Source: Chlorobiota bacterium (GTDB taxonomy: Bacteria > Bacteroidota > Bacteroidia > Bacteroidales > JAADGE01). Taken from it: DNA of 64,000 nt. Below are positions 29,164-38,891 of this stretch, piece after piece. The notes beneath the pieces are model-generated. The model was not told where the DNA came from. It ran no database searches and was given only the letters and a program-made list of their open reading frames with translations. Where the stretch lies: NCBI GenBank assembly GCA_013152535.1, contig JAADGE010000009.1, positions 1,570 through 65,569 of the forward strand, written 5' to 3'. Position 1 is the first letter of the stretch, and the number at the start of each line of letters is the position of its first letter. The translations under genes were made by a program, and so were the position numbers.

Positions 29164-30666
29164 TTATGCAATTTTTATAAAGTCAAACTCATATTCAAAA
29201 AGTTCAATATTAGGAAGAGATTTAACTAATGTTTTTAACTTATTCGTAGCTTCTTTAATGCAAATAATTCCTTTTACAGCCTGACCCGGTTTTGCTAAAT
29301 TATTTATTGTCCAATTAATATAATTTTGTATTTGCTCCACAACTTCAATGTCTGATTTTCCTCTTTTTAATTCAATAATTACATAAGAGTTATCTTCTAA
29401 ATTTTGTGTTAGAATATCCATTCTTCCGGTATCTGTTCTGAATTGACGACCATATTTGCTTGGGTCGTCAGCTTTACTATATATTTTAAGGTATTTTCCA
29501 AAAGTTTGCTTATTTTTTTGTAATCTGATTTCTAATAAGTCTTCTAAAATTTCTTCTAATTCCAATTGAATACCGGATGTCTTTTTATTCAAAGGAGAAG
29601 GAACAAAAGTTATTTCTTTTTCATCTTCAATAATCTTCTCACTCTCAAGAACAAGGTTTACCTTTGATGGTTCTATCCTTTTTTTATGTTTCTTTTTAAG
29701 TTTATTTATTGAATCAATTTCATTTTGTAATAATTTTTTACTTTTTGTTTTAGTCTTTAAAATTTCTATTACTTCCAATGCCTTATTAAATTCACCGGTA
29801 ATTTTATATACTCTTATTTTATTCCAATAAGGGTATAAACCGTCCTTTCCTAACTCAATACTTTTGTCAAGGTAGAATAATGCGTCATTATACATTTTTA
29901 ATTTATATAAACTATACCCCATTAAATTATTAACATGGGCAATATCGGTTTTTATATTTAAACTCTTCTTAAGAAATTTTACTGTGTTTTTGTAGTCCTT
30001 GATTAAAGAATAACTTTCAGCCAAATATAGGAAAATTGTCACAAAAAAGTCTTTCTGAATATCTTCAGTAAATTCAAGTGTTTTGTGAAAATAGCTTATA
30101 GCTATTCTATATTTTTTTGTAGCAAAGTATGTATAGGCAATATACAGAAAGGCATACCAAAAATTATTATCTATATCGGTTGCTTTATCAAATTCTTTAA
30201 TTGCTTGAGTATATTTTTCTTCAATTATAAGTTTATATCCTTCTAAGAATGGGATATATTCTTTGTTAACTGATTTAAATTTAAGAATATTAATAATTTC
30301 AACTATCAGTTCAAAAGCAACTGACTCATCCAATAAACCCAAGAAATAAATTAAATTGCTTAAATTCTCATAGTTTTTGTCATCAATTAAATTACTTCCG
30401 TATTTATCGACAAAAAGTTTTTTATAGTGTTCAATTTTTTCTTCCTTTTTCAGTTCAATATTCAAACGTAACCTATCGACAACAAACTGGTTATCCGGTA
30501 TTTTTGAAAACACATCATTAAGTTTATTAATATCTTCAATCGGTTTATGCTTTTGTGCGAAAAAAGTATCCAGCACTTGTGAGAGCTCCTCTTTTAGTTT
30601 AATATCATTAAGGTTTTTCTTAAACTGTTCAAGTAAGTTAAATAATTTGCTTATATCTTTTTTCAT
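29164..30666 (-). CDS. TPR-repeat protein with a C-terminal NucS/Shedu-like PD-(D/E)xK nuclease domain
   Basis: Central TPR-like repeats (AIKEFDKATDIDNNFWYAFLYIAYTYFATKKYRIAISYFHKTLE, ...YNDALFYLDKSIELG...). C-terminal GRMDILTQNLEDNSYVIIELKRGKSDIEVVEQIQNYINW gives a D...ExK...Q..Y arrangement as in NucS/DUF4263-type nucleases. Confidence 0.6.
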   Translation of the reverse strand: MKKDISKLFNLLEQFKKNLNDIKLKEELSQVLDTFFAQKHKPIEDINKLNDVFSKIPDNQFVVDRLRLNIELKKEEKIEHYKKLFVDKYGSNLIDDKNYENLSNLIYFLGLLDESVAFELIVEIINILKFKSVNKEYIPFLEGYKLIIEEKYTQAIKEFDKATDIDNNFWYAFLYIAYTYFATKKYRIAISYFHKTLEFTEDIQKDFFVTIFLYLAESYSLIKDYKNTVKFLKKSLNIKTDIAHVNNLMGYSLYKLKMYNDALFYLDKSIELGKDGLYPYWNKIRVYKITGEFNKALEVIEILKTKTKSKKLLQNEIDSINKLKKKHKKRIEPSKVNLVLESEKIIEDEKEITFVPSPLNKKTSGIQLELEEILEDLLEIRLQKNKQTFGKYLKIYSKADDPSKYGRQFRTDTGRMDILTQNLEDNSYVIIELKRGKSDIEVVEQIQNYINWTINNLAKPGQAVKGIICIKEATNKLKTLVKSLPNIELFEYEFDFIKIA

Positions 30667-30762
30667 TGTTCAATATTATTTTAAAACATAACTATTATAT
30701 TTCCGATATTTTCGAATTGAAATCTTGACTGTATTTGAAAGAATGTTTTTTTGTTTGTTAAA

Positions 30763-31204
30763 CTAAATAATATTTCCGTCTTTATTAAAACGTTCTCTTT
30801 TTGAGAAAAAGAAAGATGCTTCAATTTCGGCATTCTCATCGCTGTCCGAACCGTGAACGGCATTTGCCTGTATATCAGTAGCATATAGCTTTCTGATTGT
30901 TCCTTCGGCTGCGTCTTTAGGGTTGGTGGCACCTATTAATTTTCGATAATCTTCAACGGCATTTTCTTTTTCTAAAACTGCGGCAACAATGGGTCCTGCC
31001 TGAACTCATAAAGTCGGTTAATTCACCGTAAAAAGGTCTTTCTTTATGAACTTCGTAAAATTTTTCGGCATCGGCTTTGCTCATTCTGAACATTTTTATT
31101 GCCTGAATTCTGAAACCGCCGTCTGTTATTTTTTCTAATATTTTTCCCGTAAATCCTTTTTTTGCGGCAGTAGGTTTAATCATTGTTAATGTAATATTTC
31201 CCAT
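30763..31204 (-). pseudogene. ndk: nucleoside diphosphate kinase disrupted by a 4-bp tandem duplication
   Basis: [69 protein letters not shown] runs into a premature stop. The next frame continues [64 protein letters not shown] to the stop at 30763-30765. CCTGCCTG at 30995-31002 (coding strand CAGGCAGG) is the duplicated tetranucleotide. The 442-nt span minus 4 gives 146 codons. Confidence 0.7.
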
Positions 31205-31285
31205 TTTTTCTTTTTTAAATTTAAAATACAAAAGTAATATTTATAGCGAATAATTAAAACTGAATAAATAATAGAGATATTCATT

Positions 31286-31293
31286 TATATTTG
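31286..31293 (+). promoter_or_regulatory. -7 box TAtaTTTG for nrnA
   Basis: Exact TAnnTTTG match. It contains the TTG that the ORF track used as the start codon. Confidence 0.45.
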
Positions 31294-31311
31294 CAACATA
31301 AAAATTATACC

Positions 31312-32322
31312 GTGAAAATTCTGACAAAAGATTTTAAAAATAAGATAAAAGAAATTCTTATCAAGGATAAGAGTATATTAATTTCGGGGCATCATAATCC
31401 TGACGGCGACAGTTTGGGCGGTTCATTGGGTTTAGCTCATTTATTGAAAAATGCTGGTTACGATGTAACCGTAATGATGCCTTCAAATATGCCCGAATAT
31501 TTGGAATGGATGCCCGGAGCAGATGATATTTTGATTTATGAGAAAGGGCTGACAGATAAAGTTATAGAAAAAGCGGATATTATCTTTTTTGTTGATTTTA
31601 ATGCTGTAAGCAGAACGGAAAATGCTGCCGAAGCTCTTAAAAATTCAGAAGCGATAAAAATTATGTTAGACCACCATCCGCAACCTTCCGACGATGCCGA
31701 ATTTATTTTTTCCGATACGAAAGTGAGTTCGGCTTCCGAAATTGTGTATGAATTTATAAATATGCTCGGATTTTCGGAATATACAGATAAAAATGTTGCG
31801 ACCTGCTTGTTTACCGGAATTATGACTGATACTTTGAATTTCAGCGTAAATTCTTCTCGTCCCGAAACTTTTGAAATTGTAAGTAATTTTCTGTCATTCG
31901 GAATTGATAAAGACGCTATTTATGAAAAAGTAAACAATAACTTTTCTTTAAAACGTTTAAAACTTATAGGTTATTTGCTTTATAAAAAAATGAAAGCGGT
32001 TTCAGATTATAAGTTTGCTTATATGTTAATTTCTGAAAAAGAATTGAATGAATTTGATTTCAGGGACGGAGATCATGAGGGTATCGTAAATATGCCTTTG
32101 TCTGTTTCCGATATAAATGTTTCGGTACTTGCAATTGAACAAGATGATTTTGTAAAGTTATCTTTACGTTCTAAAGGGGATTATGACGTAAATTTACTGG
32201 CAAGAAAATATTTTAATGGCGGCGGACATAAAAATGCTGCGGGCGGCAGAATTTATAAACCTTACGAGGAGGTTGAAGATTATATTTTAAGTTCTGTAAA
32301 AGATTATTTTTCTGAAAATTAA
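31312..32322 (+). CDS. nrnA: DHH/DHHA1 phosphoesterase, oligoribonuclease/pAp phosphatase NrnA
   Basis: Motifs GHHNPDGDSLG, FFVDFN, LDHHPQ, GIMTDT, GGGHKNAAGG. Start set at GTG 31312 because TTG 31291 lies inside the -7 box. Confidence 0.85.
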   Translation: MKILTKDFKNKIKEILIKDKSILISGHHNPDGDSLGGSLGLAHLLKNAGYDVTVMMPSNMPEYLEWMPGADDILIYEKGLTDKVIEKADIIFFVDFNAVSRTENAAEALKNSEAIKIMLDHHPQPSDDAEFIFSDTKVSSASEIVYEFINMLGFSEYTDKNVATCLFTGIMTDTLNFSVNSSRPETFEIVSNFLSFGIDKDAIYEKVNNNFSLKRLKLIGYLLYKKMKAVSDYKFAYMLISEKELNEFDFRDGDHEGIVNMPLSVSDINVSVLAIEQDDFVKLSLRSKGDYDVNLLARKYFNGGGHKNAAGGRIYKPYEEVEDYILSSVKDYFSEN

Positions 32323-32325
32323 ACA

Positions 32326-32856
32326 ATGAAACGAATTATTTATTTTTTAACCGTATTTGTTTTTTTGATTGTTGCCTGTAATAATGAGGATGTTACAACT
32401 CAACCGAGAGTCCAAAAACGTTTTATTCAGGACAGTTTAATAAAAGCCAATCAATTTTTGGTACAACGAGACAGCGAATTAATTCAAAGTTATGTTGACC
32501 GGCACAATTTTAAAATGAAGATAACACCTGACGGGTTGTGGTACGATATTTATAAAAAATCTGACGGCAAAAAGTTACAAAACGGTGATATTATTCGTTA
32601 TAAATACAAAATTGAACTTTTAGACGGTACTGTTTGTTATTCTTCAGAAAAGGACGGAATTGAACAAATGAAAATCGGAAGTTCGGGAAAAGAAACAGGT
32701 TTAGGTAAAGGATTTTTAATGATGCGTGTAGGCGAAAAAGCAAAATTTATTTTACCTCCGTATTTGGCATACGGTTTAGTAGGGGATATGAAAAAAATTC
32801 CTGCTCGTTCGGCATTAGTTTATGATGTAGAAGTTACAGAACTTGTTGATTTTTAA
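32326..32856 (+). CDS. FKBP-type peptidyl-prolyl cis-trans isomerase (lipoprotein)
   Basis: Lipobox LIVAC. FKBP core GDIIRYKYKIELLDGTVCYSS...LGKGFLMMRVGEKAKFILPPYLAYG. Confidence 0.8.
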   Translation: MKRIIYFLTVFVFLIVACNNEDVTTQPRVQKRFIQDSLIKANQFLVQRDSELIQSYVDRHNFKMKITPDGLWYDIYKKSDGKKLQNGDIIRYKYKIELLDGTVCYSSEKDGIEQMKIGSSGKETGLGKGFLMMRVGEKAKFILPPYLAYGLVGDMKKIPARSALVYDVEVTELVDF

Positions 32857-32913
32857 ACTTATTTAGGCACTGATTTTGATGTTTATTATAATTGAACTTA
32901 AAACCTTACTGCA

Positions 32914-33345
32914 ATGAAACTTTATAAAATTTTATTTCCGATTGTTATTTTGTTTTTGTCATTATCTTCTTGCATTGATGAACCCGCACAACCTGTAAGC
33001 GAAAAAGAAATAATTGATAATATTTCTCGTGAGTGGAATTGTTTAATGGACGAAGACGGTTATAATGTTGATTTTAATGCCGTTATTTCTCCGGATGGAA
33101 CAAATTCAAAACAAGTATTAATTAATAATTTCCATAAAATAGGAAATGATTTGTCTGTTTATGTAATTGTAAATCAGGATTTAACACTTGAGATTCCGGA
33201 ACAAGCCGTTGGCAATCAAGTGTTTAAAGGAACGGGATTGATTTCGGATGATTACACTGAAATTACTTGGAATTATACAATAGAAACCGATGATAATACC
33301 GTTACACAAGTTATGGGAAAATATTCTTACGGCATTTCGGCTTAA
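32914..33345 (+). CDS. hypothetical lipoprotein
   Basis: Lipobox LSLSSC, 143 aa, no recognisable motif. Confidence 0.4.
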   Translation: MKLYKILFPIVILFLSLSSCIDEPAQPVSEKEIIDNISREWNCLMDEDGYNVDFNAVISPDGTNSKQVLINNFHKIGNDLSVYVIVNQDLTLEIPEQAVGNQVFKGTGLISDDYTEITWNYTIETDDNTVTQVMGKYSYGISA

Positions 33346-33348
33346 CAT

Positions 33349-34254
33349 TTATTTTATTGTAAAACAAATAATTTGTGTTTGCTGATGTTTGCTTTTATTA
33401 TCATCGGTAATAAAAATAATTTTTGACCGGTCGGCATTAAAAGTCATTCCTTCAACATTATCCGGTTTGAAATATAAATTGTCAAAATTAAATAAGCATT
33501 TAGTTTTAACTGCTTTTTTTGTTTTGTAATTAATTTCAGTTTTGTAAACTCTTACGGAAGCGTGTTTTGTACTTTTTTGCCAATCACGTTCTAAAACAAT
33601 AAGTGTGCTGTCATTTATACATAAAATTTCTGTAATACCGTTATCATTTTTTGTGTCATTAGGTAATACATCTAATTCATATTTAAAAGTATCAATTTTT
33701 CCAGTTGATAAATTTAATTTTAAAATATCAGTAATCGGCTTATTATATGACTGTTCCAGAGAAATAAAAAGATTATTGTAATTAGTGTCAAAACAAATAC
33801 CTTCCCAACCTCTGTTAAATTTCTGCATACTGTCCGATTTCAAAATTGTTCTTAAGTTTCCCGAAGAATCTGTTTTTTTAATAAATGATTGTTTTTTAAG
33901 CTCTTCTGACAGATAAATTGATTTATCTTTTTTATTAAACCTTACGGATTCGCCGTCGAAACTTTTTGCGTTTAGATTAATAACACTGTCAAGATACCAA
34001 GAAATTTGATTACTGTGTTCTTCAATGGTGCAAAGGAAGTAATGCGGTGCAAAATCGGATTGCGGCAATAAATAATATTTTTCCGGTGTTCCTGAATACT
34101 CAATTCCGGAAATTTCTTCAACTTTTGTTCCTTTATATTGATACTGATGAGGAATTATTTTATAATCGAAAAAAATTAAACTGTCAATATTTTGCGAAAA
34201 TGATTTTACGGAAATGCTTAGAATCAGAATAAGCGGAAGTATATATTTGTTCAT
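33349..34254 (-). CDS. secreted beta-propeller-like protein (esterase-like activity of phytase family, tentative)
   Basis: Signal peptide. Repeated EISGIEY / GWEGICF / NGITEI / NVEGMTF blocks resemble the phytase-like esterase family. Confidence 0.4.
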   Translation of the reverse strand: MNKYILPLILILSISVKSFSQNIDSLIFFDYKIIPHQYQYKGTKVEEISGIEYSGTPEKYYLLPQSDFAPHYFLCTIEEHSNQISWYLDSVINLNAKSFDGESVRFNKKDKSIYLSEELKKQSFIKKTDSSGNLRTILKSDSMQKFNRGWEGICFDTNYNNLFISLEQSYNKPITDILKLNLSTGKIDTFKYELDVLPNDTKNDNGITEILCINDSTLIVLERDWQKSTKHASVRVYKTEINYKTKKAVKTKCLFNFDNLYFKPDNVEGMTFNADRSKIIFITDDNKSKHQQTQIICFTIK

Positions 34255-34257
34255 ATT

Positions 34258-36306
34258 TTATTTTAAAAGTTTGATAAAAATTATTTCTAAAGCAATAAAT
34301 AATAATGCAGCAAACAAAAAATATTTATATAGTCGAATGCCGTAATTTTTATTTAATAGTGCCTCTTTTGAAAGTCCCCTGTTTGTATCAATAACAAAAA
34401 TGTTTTTGTCGGAAAAATCAACAGAGAATTTCTTTAATTCATCGTTTGTAAAATGCGATAAATCCGATTCTTTTCGATTGTAATTTAAGGATATTCCGCC
34501 GACAACTTTGTTGTTATATCGTATTTTAAAATGACCGGCTGTTTCTATCATGTTGTTAATAAATATTTTACTGAAAGAATTTCCTGTCCTGATAACTTGC
34601 GGGATAATATCTGTTGTATTGTTTGTAATATGAAAAATATTATCTGTATTGTCATTTTGATTTTTTATCGGAATAACAACATCATTTCCTATGGTGTAAT
34701 AAATGTTTTTTCCGGAAGTATTGTAAAAAACCATATTGTAAAGTAAAGAAACCCATAAAGGATGCATAACCAAATTTCCGGATTTTTCATCAGCACTTTG
34801 TGCAAAAATAAATATCTTTCCGCTGCCGAAGTTTGCAGCACTTATCAATTTGTCATTTTTTTCCGAGTACAAAATAACGTCTTCGTCAATATCTGTTAAA
34901 TTGCTGAATATAACTCTTTTCAGAACGTAAGGCATTTCCGAATTTGTTTCTTTCTTCCTGAATACATTTTTTAAAATTTCGCTGTTGTAATTTATTTTAT
35001 CGGCATCAATTTTTACGGTATCGAATCCGGTTATGAAATTTAAGTTTGCTTCGTTGAAGAATTTATTATACGATCTTGTATTACAGTTTATTTTTGGGAA
35101 AATAATTAAAATTCCGCCGTCTTGCACAAAATTTATATAATTCTCATTTAACTTGTCAGAAATTTGTTGCAAACCGTCAGATATTATCACATTAAAATCA
35201 CTAAAATTTATTAAATGAGTGTTTCTTACGGACACAGTTTTTAATGATGCATAATTTAAACCTGAAAAAACAGTATTTATATATTTGTTAAGTTTGTTAT
35301 TTTCTCTTATAATCAGAATTTTGCTTGTATCTGTTAAATTATAATTGAAATAAAAACGATTATCATAAGTTACCGGAAAATCTGTAATTTCTGCTCTTCC
35401 GTTAACAATTCCTGTTGTGTTATTCGTAAAATTTATTGTTTTTATTTTTTCAGAATGTGCATCAATATTAAAACTTTCTGCCGCTTTTAAACTGTCATTA
35501 ATAAATAATTTAAGTGGTATTTGTCTGTAGGCGTCATCAGATGTGTTTGTAATTTGTATATTTAATATATCATTTTGATTCACAGGTCTGTTCGGACTTT
35601 CAAACCATACTGAATCAATAAAAAGATTAGCTGTTTTTTCGGCAGGTACCGGAACGAATATAATTTTTTGAGTACTGTCATTATGTATTTGTTCAATATT
35701 TGAACTTGTTTTTTGAAAATCAGAAATAATGTATATTAAATAATTTCTGCGAGGTTTTTTAATCCCTTTGAAAATTGTATTTATTTTATCTGTAACCGAA
35801 CTTATTTTCCTGACAAGAGGACTTACTTTGGTTTCATTAATAAAATCTCTGAATTGTTCTTTGGACACAAAATGCTGATGCTTCAGACTGAAATTATTTG
35901 TCAGAAATAAAATTTTAACATCTTCGGGGTAAGCATTTGCAATTTCAACAGCTTTTTTCTTTTCGGTTTCAAGAATGTTTCCGTATTTATTTTCGGCTTC
36001 GGTGCTAAATGAATTATCAATATAAATTCCGATTCTGTTTTCGGAAATATCCGTATTCTGATTTTTTTCGGGTATATAAGGTCGGGCAAAAGCAAAAACC
36101 AATGCGGCAATTGTAAGAATTCGCATCAACAATATTATCAGGTGTTTTAAATTAGATTTTGATTTTGTTTCTTGTTTTATATTCTTCAAAAATCTAACAT
36201 TGCTGAAATAAACTGTTTTGTATGTTCTGAAATTGAATAAGTGAATGATTACGGGAATCAAAACGGCAAACAGTGCAAATAAAAATGTCGGGTATATAAA
36301 ACTCAT
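34258..36306 (-). CDS. BatA-domain (N-terminal double-transmembrane) protein
   Basis: MSFIYPTFLFALFAVLIPVIIHLFNFR start is typical of the N-terminal double-TM domain family. A second TM follows and there is a C-terminal TM anchor. Confidence 0.6.
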   Translation of the reverse strand: MSFIYPTFLFALFAVLIPVIIHLFNFRTYKTVYFSNVRFLKNIKQETKSKSNLKHLIILLMRILTIAALVFAFARPYIPEKNQNTDISENRIGIYIDNSFSTEAENKYGNILETEKKKAVEIANAYPEDVKILFLTNNFSLKHQHFVSKEQFRDFINETKVSPLVRKISSVTDKINTIFKGIKKPRRNYLIYIISDFQKTSSNIEQIHNDSTQKIIFVPVPAEKTANLFIDSVWFESPNRPVNQNDILNIQITNTSDDAYRQIPLKLFINDSLKAAESFNIDAHSEKIKTINFTNNTTGIVNGRAEITDFPVTYDNRFYFNYNLTDTSKILIIRENNKLNKYINTVFSGLNYASLKTVSVRNTHLINFSDFNVIISDGLQQISDKLNENYINFVQDGGILIIFPKINCNTRSYNKFFNEANLNFITGFDTVKIDADKINYNSEILKNVFRKKETNSEMPYVLKRVIFSNLTDIDEDVILYSEKNDKLISAANFGSGKIFIFAQSADEKSGNLVMHPLWVSLLYNMVFYNTSGKNIYYTIGNDVVIPIKNQNDNTDNIFHITNNTTDIIPQVIRTGNSFSKIFINNMIETAGHFKIRYNNKVVGGISLNYNRKESDLSHFTNDELKKFSVDFSDKNIFVIDTNRGLSKEALLNKNYGIRLYKYFLFAALLFIALEIIFIKLLK

Positions 36307-36384
36307 GGATTGTCAGAAATAATTTTCATAAATTATAAAACCCGAAAGTAGAAAAAAATATGAAAATATAATCAAATGAAATGC

Positions 36385-38820
36385 TTAAATTTTTATTGAC
36401 AATTTTAAATTAAAACGTCTTCCCGTTAAGTTGTACGGTACCGGAAAATTATTGTTTATGTTATTTACGGCAATTGAAGAATTCGGCACAACATGTATCC
36501 ACCGATATGAAATGGTATTTTCGATATCTAACATATTAAAAACTTCTACAGTAAGCCATACGGATTTAAAATAATTAAAGAATTTATTTTGATATTTTTT
36601 GTTCTCATTTATCAGCACGGCAGATGCACCTAAATCAACTCTTTGGTATGAAAAAGAACGGTATTCTGCTTTTTCTTCTATGTTTTTAGGTTCACCGAAA
36701 GGAAAACCGGTACCGAATACAAAATTCATAAATACTTTAAAGCGTTTGTTGCCGGGTAAATAATCTTGAACAAACAGATTTGCAGTAACTCTTTGATCGG
36801 TCGGACGAGGGATGTAAAAAGATGTATCGTTATTGAAATCAGTAATTTTCTCTTCTGTTTTAAGGAAAGATAAACTGAACCACGAATCAATTCCGGGAAC
36901 AAAATCACCGCGAATTTTAGTGTCAATACCTTTTACATATCCGGAAGTTCTTACATCGGCATAATATTTAACTCGAATATTATCCATTTCAAACGGGATA
37001 ATATTATTCAACTTTTTATAATATATTTCGGTATAAAGTTTCATATTTCTGCCTAACGCATGAAACTGAAACTGATGACCCAAAACAAAATGAACAGATT
37101 TTTGAGCGGTTTTATCAGCAGCAATACTGCCGTCAAATTTTCGTATTTCACGATAAAAAACCGGTTGATAATAAATTCCCGAAGAAAACCTGAATACATG
37201 TTTGTTCTTTCCGAGTGATTTTGCAGCTATGGCAATACGCGGACTCCAAAGAGTTTCATGAGCCAAGGTATTATATTGAACTCGCAGTCCGCCTATAAAT
37301 TCATATTGCATCAAATAATCTTGAATGAGATATTTGTCTTGTAAATATGCCGTAAAGCGATTGTTCAATATTTTATTTTTAGATTTTATATTTTCAAAAA
37401 TGTCTAATTTTTCTTTGTTTTGAGGAATTGAATAACTTGCAGAATCCAATAAATTCCATTCATCAATTTTATCATTAATCGAATCGTGCTTATAAATTAT
37501 ACCCCAATTGAAATAATGATTATTTTTTTTAAAATAACCGGAATGTGTTACTTGTAATCCACTTATTAATAAACAATTACGTGCATGTTGCATGTAAGCA
37601 CCGTTACCGAGATTCAGAATACTGTCTCCGGCATTATCACTTCCGATATCATTGTTTAATTGGTTTAAATCGTAAAAACCTATAATATCAAATTTCTCAC
37701 TTTCATTTGCTGAATAAGCTGATAAGTTGAAAGAATAATTTAAATTTTTATCAGGATGGAAATTAAAAGACAACGCAGCTGTATTTGAGTAAAACTGGTC
37801 TGTTTCTTGTCCGGTATAATAGACATTTAAAGAAAGTAATTTCTCAATACTTCCGAAATTTGTAACACCGCTTTTCGGAATAAAATTAAATCTACTGTCT
37901 GACATATTTGCTAAAAAGCGAATATCATATTTGCGGTTAATAATATAACTTATGTAAGTTTGAAAATCTATAAATCGGGGATTATAATCGCCGGAAGTCT
38001 CCAAAGAATTAAGTAAATATTTTGTTGTTTTATAACGCAATCCGGAGAGAATACTCAGTTTTTTATTTTTGCTTAATCTCTGATAGAATAATGAGCCTCC
38101 GAGTAAACTTGCTGATGCCGAAAACTCATTTTTTAAAGCATGTTTATAGGTGATATCCAGTACCGAAGATAATTTTCCGCCGTATTTTGCCTCAAAACCT
38201 CCTGATGAGAATTTTGCTTCCGAAACCATCGACGGATTTATAAAACTTAATCCTTCCTGTTGACCGGCTCTTATTAATTGCGGTCTGTATATCTCAATAC
38301 CGTTTACATAAACCAAATTTTCGTCAAAACTTCCGCCTCTGACCGAATATTTTGAACTTAATTCGTTTCTTGCCCCCGAAACTCCGAGTTCTGTTTTTAT
38401 CAAACTTTCAATGCCGCCGGAAATTGACGGTAATACTTCAGATATTTTTGCTTCAACGGAAATGATACCTGTTGCATTAACTTTATCAGCCTCTATAACA
38501 ACATCTTCGATTTTATTTGTTGCTCCGAGTGTAATGTTCATTTTAAAACTGCTTTCGTTTGCAGGAATTTTAACTTGTACCGGTTCGTCATTCTGAAATT
38601 GAAAATAGAGAAATTTGTATTTTGAAGGAACCGTAATCGAAAATCTGCCCGAAGAGTCCGATACATCCTGAATTTTATTATCTTTTGTAAAAATGTTAAC
38701 GTAAGGTAAGTCTATATTGTTTTCATCTTTTACAGTTCCGTGTATTTTTACGGTTTGAGAAAAAAATAGGAGAGGAAAAAAAGAAATTAAGATTAAAATT
38801 AATAGTTTTTTAAAAAACAT
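36385..38820 (-). CDS. TonB-dependent receptor with a carboxypeptidase-regulatory-like N-domain
   Basis: Signal peptide, VKIHGTVKDENNIDLPYVNIF domain, plug-like SVRGGSFDENLVYVNGIEIYRP, 811 aa, ends in an aromatic-rich beta-strand. Confidence 0.8.
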   Translation of the reverse strand: MFFKKLLILILISFFPLLFFSQTVKIHGTVKDENNIDLPYVNIFTKDNKIQDVSDSSGRFSITVPSKYKFLYFQFQNDEPVQVKIPANESSFKMNITLGATNKIEDVVIEADKVNATGIISVEAKISEVLPSISGGIESLIKTELGVSGARNELSSKYSVRGGSFDENLVYVNGIEIYRPQLIRAGQQEGLSFINPSMVSEAKFSSGGFEAKYGGKLSSVLDITYKHALKNEFSASASLLGGSLFYQRLSKNKKLSILSGLRYKTTKYLLNSLETSGDYNPRFIDFQTYISYIINRKYDIRFLANMSDSRFNFIPKSGVTNFGSIEKLLSLNVYYTGQETDQFYSNTAALSFNFHPDKNLNYSFNLSAYSANESEKFDIIGFYDLNQLNNDIGSDNAGDSILNLGNGAYMQHARNCLLISGLQVTHSGYFKKNNHYFNWGIIYKHDSINDKIDEWNLLDSASYSIPQNKEKLDIFENIKSKNKILNNRFTAYLQDKYLIQDYLMQYEFIGGLRVQYNTLAHETLWSPRIAIAAKSLGKNKHVFRFSSGIYYQPVFYREIRKFDGSIAADKTAQKSVHFVLGHQFQFHALGRNMKLYTEIYYKKLNNIIPFEMDNIRVKYYADVRTSGYVKGIDTKIRGDFVPGIDSWFSLSFLKTEEKITDFNNDTSFYIPRPTDQRVTANLFVQDYLPGNKRFKVFMNFVFGTGFPFGEPKNIEEKAEYRSFSYQRVDLGASAVLINENKKYQNKFFNYFKSVWLTVEVFNMLDIENTISYRWIHVVPNSSIAVNNINNNFPVPYNLTGRRFNLKLSIKI

Positions 38821-38891
38821 GCCCTGAATTTTGTTATTTAAATAAACTGTTTTAATTTTAAATTATTGTAGAACAGATTAAAATAAAACAG

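Noticed and set aside
28203-30762. Integrase or attachment-site duplication expected for a tRNA-integrated island
   Set aside because: I found no recombinase ORF and no copy of the tRNA 3' end (only a chance GAATTC). The islet cannot be called a mobile element from this window.
30681-30932. 83-aa minus-strand ORF from the track
   Set aside because: It is out of frame with the C-terminal half of ndk, whose own frame encodes canonical NDK sequence but has no start codon because of the duplication.
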